DNA of 63,829 nucleotides, the filler included, from Reclinomonas americana ATCC 50394 (lineage: Eukaryota), in the NCBI GenBank assembly GCA_048213135.1. It is 17 parts of 17 records of this genome, joined end to end, with 100 filler letters (N's around TTAATTAATTAA, not from the genome) between each part and the next. Parts side by side here need not be neighbours in the genome. Positions count along the whole stretch, not along the records: positions 38,579 to 42,241 come from AFZH01020684.1; positions 42,342 to 44,195 come from AFZH01020685.1; positions 44,296 to 46,959 come from AFZH01020686.1; positions 47,060 to 52,253 come from AFZH01020688.1; positions 52,354 to 55,250 come from AFZH01020689.1; 12 more parts are not named here. One strand, 5' to 3'. The position numbers and the translations under genes were made by a program. This document shows, in pieces, positions 40,998 through 52,593 of this stretch; within the stretch, counting starts at the first letter, position 1, and the number at the start of each line of letters is the position of its first letter. The notes beneath the pieces were generated by a model. It did not search any database, was not told the DNA's origin, and was given only the letters and a program-made list of their open reading frames with translations.

Positions 40998-43900
40998 TCA
41001 AGGCGCCGCGGCCACAGCCGACACCGTGCCCGCCACCACGGCATGCCGCGAGCCAGAACCCGACGCACCACCCGATCCACCCTCGTCGTGCTGCTGAATC
41101 ACGAGCATGACTGGACTCGCGACTCGCACCACCCTGCTCGAGTCGAGCATCACCAACTCGATGCCGTCCAACGGGTGCATGCCGGGCGACACGGCCAGCA
41201 GCGTCAGCAGGCAGTCGATGTAGCCGCCGGCCGCCACGACACCAACATTCTGTTGGGGAGGGAAAGGGTGGTTGAGCAAGGAAATTGGAAGAAGTGTGCG
41301 TCTCTCTCTGTGAGTGAATGAGTGACTCTCTTCTTCTCTCCACTACGAACAGCGCAGGTCGCCGGCGAGAAGCGCTTCCGCATGTGGGTGCCGGAGACGG
41401 GCTACCACATGAACACCTTCCGCGGCACGTCTCGCAGATCCACCACGCCGAAGACCTCTCTCTCTCTCTTTGTGTGAGAGAGTGAGTGTGCATCACAACT
41501 CTCACCAATGCAGCATTCTCATACGCGCGGATCTCTGGGAACGACGAGTCGTTCTTGCGCAGCATTAACCGGTGGCTGATGGCGGTGCGGTTGATCACGC
41601 GCAGACGCGCGGTGAATGGTCGCTCCACCTCCGCCTCCGCCACATCCGCATAGCCGAGGAACTCGACGGCCAAATCCACGGGTGCCACGGCCTGGCGGGC
41701 GAGGGAGAGAGTAAGAAAAGGGAAGTGGAAGGGAGATGGTGGTGGAACGCACCCGATACTGAATGGGGGTGACGAGGATGCGGCCAGTGTCGAAGAATGA
41801 CGAGCGCCACTCGATGCGCAGGTCGCCGAGGACCACAGTGCCGGCGGATGTGCGGCCCTGCAATATGGGAAGAAAAGGGGAAGGGGATCGACAGTGAGGG
41901 GGAGGATAAGGGGGCAGAGAGAGGGCAAGGGGGAGAAATGAGGAAAAACATGGAGAGAGAGAGAGTGAGAGAGAGAGAGAATGAGGGGAAGGCGGAGGAG
42001 AAATGGGAGAAGGAGGAGGAGAAATGGGAGAAGGAGGAGAAGGGAGAAGAGACAGAGATACAGAGAGACAGAGAGATAGAGAGACAGAGAGACAAAGACT
42101 GAGACAGGGACAAAGAGAGGGAGGAAGACAGAGAGAGACTGAGAGACAGAACAGAGACAGAGAGACAGAGGAAGAGACAGAGACAGCGAGAGAGAAGCAG
42201 AAACACATGACAGACTCAGAAACAGAGATAGAGACAGAGACNNNNNNNNNNNNNNNNNNNNNNNNNNNNNNNNNNNNNNNNNNNNTTAATTAATTAANNN
42301 NNNNNNNNNNNNNNNNNNNNNNNNNNNNNNNNNNNNNNNNNGGGAGAGAGGGAGGGTCAGAGGCAGAGAATAAGAAGGGGAAGAGACAGAGGTAGAGGTA
42401 GGTCAGCACGAGAGACAGAAACAGACAGAGAGAGAGAGAGAGAAAGGCAGCGACACAACGACAGTGATTCAGTCAGAGACAGAGAGACAAACACACACAG
42501 AGAGAGAGAGAGAGAGAGAGCGTGGAACATACCGGAACCGAGGCATCCTTCAGCGACCGATCGATGAATTCGTACACGTAGCTGCGAGCCTCGTCCTTGC
42601 CCATGATCTTCTCGGCGGCACTGTGGTGGGCATGTGGTAAGCAACGAGAACAACACATGCATCAGACAGTAACAAGAAAGAGTGCGGGACAAGAGACAGC
42701 CACCAAGTCAGGAGACCAAACAACAACTCCGAGGCACTCACTTTTCCTCATTGTGCGACCTCAGTTCGAACTCGGGACTGGCAAAGAACTGCAGCGACTC
42801 GAGATACAAGGCCTGGCCCGACACGTTTTGCAGATCCACCGTTAGGTACACGTTGCCCTGTGCCAGAAGAGGGTCAGACGCGAACAAACAGCACATGCGA
42901 CAATGCCGCTCACCTTGCCCAGATTAACCAACGTGTTGAACTGCAGCGCGTGTTCGACGGTGAACTTGAAGGAGCGCTCGTATCGTCTGGCCAGGTGGGA
43001 GGCGTCGTTGAATGACAGCGCGCATTTCATGCTGGGAGGCGATGAGCATGCAGACAGTGACAAAAGGCGATGAGCAAGCGGGACGCAACACATAGTCGCC
43101 GGCCTCGTTGAGGGGGAACTCAATGGGCACGCTGATGGTGTGGCCGGAGAGGAGGGACACGGGGTCGGTGGCGGGCACGGTGGACAGCTTTTTGGAGGGG
43201 GATTCGATTTGAAGCTGCGCACAGGGGGAAGGGTGGGGGGAAGGGAAAAGGGGAAAGGGGAAAGGGGAAAGGGCGAGAAGGGAGGAGAAAGAGACAAGGC
43301 ATAAAGAGAGGCATCAGCCGAGCGAATGCAGCGAGGAAGGGAAAAGAGACAAGGGGTGGAACACAATCGGCAAGGCATAATGAGAGAGAGAGGCACGAGC
43401 GAGTGCAGGGAGGAAGGGAAAAGGGACAAAGGGGAGAGCACAATCAGCAAGGCATAAAGAGAGAGACAGAGAGGCACGAGCGAATGCAGGGAGAAAGGGA
43501 AAAGGGACAAGGGGTGGAATACAATCGGCAAAGCATTATGAGAGAGAGGCATTAGCAAGAGCGAGAGCAGAGGAAAAGGAGAGAATGCAAGCATGACTCA
43601 AAATCAACTCAGCAAACGAACGTACCACCACCGTAAAGGCGCTGACATCAAAGTTGACCAGGTTTTGGAACGAGAACATGGCCTTGAAGATCTCGCCGAC
43701 AAACAGCTTTCTGCAAGTGGGCAATGAGAACAGAGGAAAGAGAGAGCTGACACGTGGCTGCCTGTTGTTATCGAGTAGCTTCTTGCCACGCGCTCGACTC
43801 TTTTCTTCTCCTCCCGCTCATCTAGCATGCGTCTATTTCCATGGATCTGTGCTCTTCTTCCTTGCGTGCTCGTGTTGCCCAACGAGACTAATTGCCACAC

Positions 43901-44299
43901 TGGTAGCTTATTTGCATCTTTCGCTCCCTCCCTCTTCCCTCCTCTCAGCATGCGTCTATTTCCATGGATCTCTGTGCTCTTCTGCCTTACGTGCTCGTGT
44001 TGCCCACCGATTCTAATTGCCACGCTGGTAATTTATTTGCATCTTTCGCTCTCCCTCCCTCTTCCCTCCTCTCGCTCGACCAGCATGCGTCTGTTATTAA
44101 CCCCCTGGCTCTACTGCCTTGCGCCAAGCTGGACGCCTTTCTCCTCTCGCTCGTCAAGCTGGCAGGTTATTGCATCTCTCCCTCCCTCTTCCCTGNNNNN
44201 NNNNNNNNNNNNNNNNNNNNNNNNNNNNNNNNNNNNNNNTTAATTAATTAANNNNNNNNNNNNNNNNNNNNNNNNNNNNNNNNNNNNNNNNNNNNACTA

Positions 44300-44373
<74 letters not shown>

Positions 44374-44458
44374 CTTTCACTTGCACAATCTGATCACTGC
44401 GCAGGTTGGTGTGTTGTGGCACATGTGGCGCGCCACTGCCAGCACCAGCAGTCGCCAT
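40998..44458 (-). CDS. TRAPPC13: Trafficking protein particle complex subunit 13-like, multi-exon across two gaps
   Basis: LFVGEIFKA..SFQN, E(A)GDYVMKCALSF...ERSFKFTV, EARSYVYEF, LGDLRIEWRSSFFDTGRI.T, VERPF...VIN and LLAVSPGMHPLDGIELV follow the TRAPPC13 motif order. Confidence 0.75.
43260..44100. repeat. Diverged intronic tandem repeats in TRAPPC13
   Basis: ACAATC(G/A)GCAA(G/A)GCAT recurs three times (43363-43540). AGCATGCGTCTATTTCCATGGATCT recurs at about 43824 and 43947, with a partial third copy. Confidence 0.7.
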
Positions 44459-44537
44459 GTTCTCGCAAAAAGACAAAGAGAGAGAGGAGAGGACAAGTGT
44501 GTCCTGTGAGTGAGTGTTGTCAGCGAGTGAGTGAGAG

Positions 44538-44666
44538 ATGGCGTTTCTCAAGGCGGATACTGTGCAAGTGGTGGCGCAGACAATGGGCATTGGTGTGTGT
44601 GTGAGAGAGAGAGAGTGGGAAGAGTGTGATTGAGTGAGAGATTTGCTGTTGTGTGTGTCTATCAGT

Positions 44667-44719
<53 letters not shown>

Positions 44720-44810
44720 GAGAGTGAGTGAGAGACGCGCGAGTTTGCATTGTGACTGTGTGCGTGTCTCTCAATGTGTGTTTGCTTGTCTGTCTGTGTT
44801 CATGTGTGTG

Positions 44811-44847
<37 letters not shown>

Positions 44848-45110
44848 GTGTGTGAGAGAAAGAGAGAGTGAGAGTGAGAGAGAGTGTGCGCGAGAGACAA
44901 GAGAGTAAGAGTGACAGAGACAAGAGATTGCATTCCTGTTGTCACTAACTCTTCACTCACTCTCACTCTGTCTCTGTTGCATGTATGCGACACACACGCA
45001 CACACACACACACAAAGCTCAAGAGGACTTGTGAATGTGCAAGTGAAAGAGAATACATACGGACTCACTCACACATGCACACACAGACACCTCTTTCTTC
45101 TTCTTCCTGT

Positions 45111-45141
<31 letters not shown>

Positions 45142-47121
45142 ACTTCGTTTCTTATTTTGCAGAGCGCCTTGACGATGAGATCGCCAAGCATCTTGCGCAC
45201 GATGTCGAGTTCCACATTCGCCTGATTGTGCTCGAGGCACTCAAGCTGATGAAGCACGGAAAGGTAAGCCAGCTCATTCTCACATACATGCACGCTCACT
45301 CTCTCACAAGTGACTTTACTGCAAGTTGGTTCTCACTCTCTCCCTCAGTGTTCCTCTCTTGTTCTCTCCTTCTCTCTCTGTCGTGCTCTATTCTTCTTCT
45401 TCACTCGCTCTGTTGCTTTTCCTTGCACACTCTTGCAGGTTGTTCCTCTCTTTCATTGCTCCTCTCGTGTTCTCTTCGTCCTCCCTCTCCCCCTTGCACT
45501 CTCTTGCATCCCCCTCCCCCATCTCCCTCTCTCTTCCTCGCTTGTTCTCTTTTTCTTTCGCTCTCCTTTGCAACTTCGCATTGTGTTCCTTTTTGAATCG
45601 GCTGCTTCGGTCCTCGCTCCCTTCTTTCTCCCTATTGCGCTCTTTCTGTGCGTTCACTTCCGCTCTCGAAACGCTAACTGCATTCTCTGTCCCCTTCGCC
45701 TTTGACAATCACAGGCAGTGCATCTTCGCTTTCTTACTCATGCCCACTCTCCTGCTCTTCCATTGCACCCTGCATTCTGTCCCTCCTGGCGAGGTTCCTC
45801 GTCTTTCCTCTTGCCAAGCAACGCCCTCTTTTTGTTCTCATTTCTGGAATCGCTGTCTTACACTTCTCGGTTGCATCCTCACCCACGTCGCTCCTCTGCT
45901 CGCCCCCTCCCCCTTGCCCCCTTCCCCCTTCCCCCTTCTCTCCCCTTCCCCCCCTTCGCCCCCTCCAGCGCACCCGCCTCACCACCGACGACGTCAACCA
46001 CGCCCTCCGCCTTCTCAACGTGGAAGGCCTCTACGGCTTCTCCGCCACCGAAAGCATGGATTTCGTGCGCGCCGCCCCCGATCTCTTCTTCATCCCCGAC
46101 GAGGAGCTGGAGACGCGCACGATTCTCACCCAGCACATCCCCAACGTGCCGCTGGAGCCGACCTTCCACGCGCACTGGCTGGCCGTCGACGGCACACAAC
46201 CGGTGATTCCCGAGAATCCGCTTCCCGAAGAGTTTGAGAAGCGACTGCGGCGGAAGCGTGCGCGCGAGGAGGCGGGCTTGCCGCCGGCGGAGCCACTCGT
46301 GCCGCTCTCCAGCACGCCCGAGGTGATGACGGCCGATCAGGGACCAGTGCTCAATCCGGTCACGGGGCTGCCCGAGCCGGCGGGTATGTGTATTGGGAGG
46401 AAAGGGATGAGAGGAAGTCAAGAGTGACTCACTTGCTTTCGCTCGCCAGCACCACCGCTTGTACGGCACGTGCTGTCGCAAGAGTTGATTGAGTATTACG
46501 AGCGTGTGACGGACGCGGTGCGGTCGTACGCCTCGGCGGCAAGTGGCGAGTCTGCGGCAGCGGAGGGCTCTGGTGCAGCGGCAGCGGCGTCGGCAGCGGC
46601 ATCGCAGCGGTCGTGGGGTGCGGTGGCTGATGGTGAGCTGAAATAAGAGATTCTGAGACCATTTGGGAGGCTTGTGCTCACGGAGAGTGGCAGATCGCGC
46701 AAGTGGCGCAGCGCCTGCGGTGCCCACTCCACGCTCCATCGACGTGCTCAAGCTGGCCTTTATGAGTGTGGCGCACGACCCCGGTCTGCAGAGCCTTGTG
46801 CCGTACTTTGTCGACTTTATCGCAAAGGAGGTGAGGGGGAGGGAGATAAGGGAAAGGGTGAGGGAGAGGGAGAGGGAGAGGGAGAAGGAGAGGGAGAGGG
46901 AGAGGGAGAGAGAGAGAGTGAGAAGCAATCGTGCTTTTCACTACGGTCGCTCCTCCACTNNNNNNNNNNNNNNNNNNNNNNNNNNNNNNNNNNNNNNNNN
47001 NNNTTAATTAATTAANNNNNNNNNNNNNNNNNNNNNNNNNNNNNNNNNNNNNNNNNNNNGCACTCCCTCCGCTCCACTCCCTCCGCTCTCAAATACCCTT
47101 CGTCTGCACTCTCTCGCCTCT

Positions 47122-47157
<36 letters not shown>

Positions 47158-47949
47158 CTCCCTCGTTCGCTTCCTCTCTCTCCCTTCTTTCTCTCACCTT
47201 TCCCTTCACCTCATCGCAGGTCATCACCTCCCTCGTGCGCGCCATGCTGGACCCGAAGAACTCGCTTCCCATGCGATACGGCGCCATTGTCGGCATTGCC
47301 GAGCTGGGACCGGAAGCCGTGCAGCAGCAGCTGCTGGAACCCATTGGAGAGTCCAACATGCTCTTTTTGCATCACATGGTAGGGCATCCTCTTCATGACC
47401 CATGCTCCTTCTCGTAATTCACGTCCTCGTCTCCCAGTTCCGCCGCGAGTACGAAACCACCAGCAGCATGTCGCTCCAGGTGCAAATCACGTACTGCCAG
47501 GCGGCGCTGATGAAGGCCGCTGGAGTGTTCTTCCGAAAAGTGGTGCACACCACCTCCACCTCGGTGCAGCCGGCCAGAGCAACAGGTCGCACCAGCAAGA
47601 CTGCAGCGGCCGGCCCCTCGTCTGCCGCCGCCGCTTCCGCAATGGAGACACCGGAGCAGGAGTTGCGTGCCCACGCTCTCTTCCTTATTTCTCTTCTCTC
47701 TCTCGCCTCACGCTTGTCGTCGACAGGCAACTCGCGGCGGAGAGTCGCGCACGTATGAAGGCACAGCTGACGAAGAACATGAACATGTCGGATCATTATC
47801 AGGAGCTGTACCGGATCTTTGGTGAGTGGGAAGCCTCTTGTGATCACTCTGCTTGTTGCTGACGCTCGCATGCAGGCCACTCGGTCACGGCACTGGCGTC
47901 GCCACACGTGAGCAACGGGCCGTCGGAATTGAGGAATCTGCTGGTGTAA
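44538..47949 (+). CDS. TAF6: Transcription initiation factor TFIID subunit 6
   Basis: [87 protein letters not shown]..YYE and DPGLQSLVPYF. Confidence 0.95.
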
Positions 47950-48046
47950 AATTGAGAAGGGGGAAAGCAAGGGCGAGAAAAAGCAAATCATTGAAAGGCG
48001 TCAAAATATTTCTATGACTCTGTGCGCGTGTATTATTCTATTCTTT

Positions 48047-49733
48047 TCACAGCTTGTCTTCGTCGTATTGCATCCAGTGTTGCCAGTCGAGCATGTCGCG
48101 TGCATCCAGCTGGTCCGTCACCTTTCGTAACCGGTCGGTCCAGTCGCGTGCTTCTTGGATGCGTTCTTGAACGACCTGTGACAAGGGGAAAAAGGCGGAA
48201 AAGGGAAAGTAAGGAAGGGGAAGGGAGGGAGGGAGGGAGGGAGAGAGGGAAGCAAGAAGAGGAGAGGGTAAGGGAGAAAGAGAGGGAGAGAGGGAAGCAA
48301 GAAGAGTAAGGGTGCAGCAATTTCACAACGGGCTGAGTGAAGAAAGAAGAGTGAGGGCGGGTTTGCGTGTGAAGGAGGCGATCAGGAAAATGCAACAACT
48401 CCTTTCCTGTGAGACAACAAGATGCCAGAAGACAGCTTCTCAATTGTACGGAGAGCAACTCGACGGCATTCTCAACTGCTGTCAGACGATGAAAGAAGAG
48501 CTGAAGCGAAATCGACAAGTCTCCCAATCCACAGACAGACAACTTCAAAATTCCAAGGACGATGTCAAAATGGAGAGACGAGGGCTCAGTGATCCGAGAC
48601 AATGGCATGGACAAAGAAACATGCGATCCGAGACAATGGCAAGGGCAAAGAAACATGCAAACCTCTCAGTAGTCGTCTCGTTCTTTCATACAAAGCGCAA
48701 CGAAGCAAGTGTGCAAGATGCACAGCTTCTTGATTGTATCGGAGCAAGAAGAGCACAGAAACATGCAACCCTCCCTCCCGTCTCGTTCTCCGATCACAGA
48801 GCAACGAAGCAAGTGCCAGACGGGCTCTTGCAGAAACACAAAGACAATCAAATCTACATCGCAGTCTCGAACAAGGTGCAACGAAGGACGTGTGCACGAC
48901 AGGTGACAAGAGCACGAAAAAACATGCAACTCTGTGTCGCCCTCGTCTCATTCTGTCACCAGATCTCTGACGTCGTGGAAAGAAGTGGGAGTGCAAGAGT
49001 GGCATTCACGAGTGCAAGGACACCGGTACAGCACCCGATTGTCTTCCTCATACAGAGTGCACAGAGCGACCTCGTAAATACACTCTGGCGCAGAAGGTAG
49101 ACAGTCTGTCTGTTACTCTCAAGACAAAGAAAGGGAATATTCGCGAGATCACTCCCCTTTCCCTCCTCCTTCCTTCCCCCTTTTCTCACCTCAATATTAT
49201 TGTGCCCTCGCCACCGAATCATGCGAAACAGTCTCCTCTCGTTTTGATAGTTGCTTCGCTCGATGAATTCGTCGGCCCAGTACCGCCCGTAGATGACCGA
49301 GACCTTGCGCGCCACATCTTCTTGTGCGTCCACCAGACTCTCCGTCATCACGTGCAGTCTGCGAATACACAGTCGGACACTGCACACCTGCGAATCTGAA
49401 AAAATGGACAATGACGCAACACTTTCACAGCTTCGTTCAATCGCTCCTCGTCGACCTCGGTCAGCGGCGGTGCCTCCGCCGTCTTCCACTCGTCAATGTC
49501 GGCCGGCAGCTCGTAACCCTCCTTCTTCGCACGTTCGTGTGCGAGGTCCAGCATGCTATCCACCAGCTGCGGAGTGGGGGAGTGAAAAAGGAGAGAAGAA
49601 TGAGGGAGAGGGAGAATGAGAGGCAGGCGTCCAATAACTTCTGTCTCTTCTCTCTCCACCAACATATTCTCGGCGCCTGAAACATTCTGAAAGTAAATCC
49701 TGCTGCATCTTCTTTCTTGAATCGAAGGCTGCA

Positions 49734-49772
<39 letters not shown>

Positions 49773-52045
49773 GCACTCTCCCAACAACAAATTCTCAACG
49801 CCTGAAACATTCTGAAAGTTAATCCTGCTGCATCTTCGCTCCAAAATCGAAGGCGGCATTCTCTCTCTCTCTCACGCAAACACTCGTGCTGCGACTTCTT
49901 CAACAAGTAAGCGACTGAATCCTTCACTTGTCAGTCACCTCTCTATCACAGCAGTGCATCTCCCCTCTCTCCATCTCCCGTCAAACCTGCGGCATTTCCT
50001 CTCCTGAACTGAAGGCAGCATTCTCTCTCTCTCTCACGCACAAAGCACACGCGACCCTCCTGCAGTACCCTCGCCAACAAACAAATGACTGAATCCTTCA
50101 CTTGCCAGTCAGCTTTCTCAGACTCAGCGAACCCTCATGGTGTGCAGGCACCAATGAACAGTGCATCTCCCCTCTCTCCATCTCTCGTCAAACCTGCGGC
50201 ATATTCTCTCTCTCTCTCTCTCTCAAACACACTCCGATCCTCGTGATGCGACTTCTCCAATAAACAAGACTTAATCCTTCACTTGCCAGTCACCTCTCCC
50301 AGACTCATCGAACTCTCATGGTGTGCAGGCACCAAAGAACAGTGCATCTCCCCTCTCTCTATCTCTCTCGCGTAAACGAAATCTCTTCTCGCTCTCGTCT
50401 CCACCACAAGGACTCAACATCTGCAGCTACATAATTGCGTCTCTCGTGAATCTAAAGCTGCCTCCAATTACCCTCTCGTGCAACCCTCTACGAACAAGTG
50501 CTTCTCTCACTTCGCTCACTTCTCTCTTAAAGCTGTCTGCCGAAGCCTCCCTTTTCCTCTCCCATCCCCTTTCCCATCCCCCCTTCCCCTCCTCCCCGTC
50601 GCGCAACTTGCGGATCCATCCACGGCGCATCGGCAATCCTCAACAAGATATCCTCGTGCGAAAACTTGCGCTTATACCCTGCCTCCAACAACTCCTTTGC
50701 CGTCTCCTTCAACTCCGCCTCCGCCTTGGCCCTCACCTCCTCCTCATTCACCTCCTCCCGCTCCCCTTCAACACCACCCTCTTGCTCCTCGGCCTTCTCT
50801 TCATCCTGTTCACCCTGCTCGCCCGGCATCCATCGCTCCCTCTGCGCAAACAAACGATCGTGAATACAAACAGGTGGCAAAGGGGGGGTAGAGAAGGGGG
50901 CAAGCAGAACGTAAGACAGACGACGAGGAGTAAGACTGCAGAACGTCGGCGATTGAGCGAAAGATGAAGAGAACGACAGAGACAGCGCCCGAGAAAGATA
51001 GAGAGTGCAAGTGAGAGAGGAAGAGATGGAGACAGAGCAAGAGGCAGAGCAAGAGACAGAGCAAGAGGAAGAGCAAGAGGCAGAGCAAGAGACAGAGAAT
51101 GAGGCAGAGAAAAAGGAGAGAAAGAGGCAGAGACAGAGGCAGAGGCAGAGGCAGAGCAAGAGGCAGAGCAACAGGCTGAACAAGAAGCAGAGCGAGAGAC
51201 AGAGCAAGAGGCAGAGATTGGGAGAGAGGCAGAGCACGGGGCACAGCAAGAGGCACAGCGAGAGGCAGAGCAAGAGACAGAGCAAGAGGCAGAGCAAGAG
51301 ACAGAGCAAGAGGCAGAGCGAGAGACAGAGCAAGAGGCAGAGAAAGAGGCAGAGCACGAGGCAGAGCAACAGGCTGAATAAGAAGCAGAGCGAGAGACAG
51401 ACCGAGAGGCAGAGATTGGGAGGGAGGCAGAGAAAGAGACAGAGACAGTGAAAGAGGAAGGAGACAGATCAAGAGGCACAGCAAGAGGCAGAGCAAGAGA
51501 CACTGCAGTCATCACAACAGACCACCAACAAGCAGCCCTTATGTAAAACAACCTCTCTCCCCCAAACACACACACACCTGCGCGACCGTCTCCGGGAATC
51601 GAAAATCCAACGAATACGGCGACACCCGCTCCGCCGCCGCCTCATCCGGCCTCAAAAACCCTCGCATCCACACCTTATCCTCCTCCTCACCCTCACCCTC
51701 ATCATCTCCATTTCTCACCGCACCCTCTCCACGCAACACCCTCTGCGCATCCTCATTACTCATTGGCGCATCGCCATCATGCGGATCGCTCTCGTCGGGC
51801 GACTGCGCCTCTGCGCCGCCCTCTTCCCAGTCGGCGTTGTCGACTTGCACGGTGCCTTCGCGGGCGACTTGCAGGTGCTCGCCTGTGGCGGTTAAGGTGC
51901 GCCGTGTGGTGTCGGCTTCGGCGTTGGCGCTGCGCGAGTGCTCGTTGGTGTCGGGTGGTGTTTTGGAGAAGAGGCGGTGGTGGAAGGGGAGGCGGAGTGG
52001 TGGAGGGCGGGGGAGTAGGGAGCGCAGTGCGCGCAGGAGGAGCAT
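48047..52045 (-). CDS. Uncharacterised multi-exon protein with probable mitochondrial targeting peptide
   Basis: The N-terminus MLLLRALRSLLPRPPPLRLPFHHRLFS is Arg-rich and acid-free. Frame-compatible exons lie at about 50610-50850, 49421-49567, 49191-49360 and 48047-48175. Confidence 0.55.
49670..50400. repeat. Diverged intronic tandem duplications
   Basis: CCTGAAACATTCTGAAAGT occurs twice, AATCCTTCACTTG three times and CAGTGCATCTCCCCTCTCTC three times. Confidence 0.75.
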
Positions 52046-52084
52046 TGGCGAAGGACAGGACGATTTGTGTGTTGGTGAAGTTGT

Positions 52085-52124
<40 letters not shown>

Positions 52125-52593
52125 GAGGAGGAGAGAGAGAGAGAGCGACCACAACAACTACGACGACGTACCGTCGTCGTTACGGTAACCGGACCGGAAC
52201 GGGACGGTAGTTACGGTTAACGGTAACGACGAACGAAAGGAAACGTCGTACGGNNNNNNNNNNNNNNNNNNNNNNNNNNNNNNNNNNNNNNNNNNNNTTA
52301 ATTAATTAANNNNNNNNNNNNNNNNNNNNNNNNNNNNNNNNNNNNNNNNNNNNAGGGAGAGAGAGAGAGATGCACCACACAATCAGCGACGAAAGACGTC
52401 TGCAGCTGAAGTAATCCATTGTGGACAAGACGCACAACATAGACATGATTTCATAGACACCCTTTGCCCTTCGAGAACCCTTGTGCACATGTTCGGGATG
52501 GTTCGGCAAAGGCTGCAAAAATTTAACGAGCGCTGAAAACCACCAAAGCCCTGCCCTTTCCTCCGTATTCCACTTCTCTCCTCCTCCTCACAC

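Noticed and set aside
52150..52253. Odd ACG/TAC/GGT-rich stretch at a contig end
   Set aside because: Resembles low-quality read-end noise after a (GA)n run; similar noise occurs at other contig ends.
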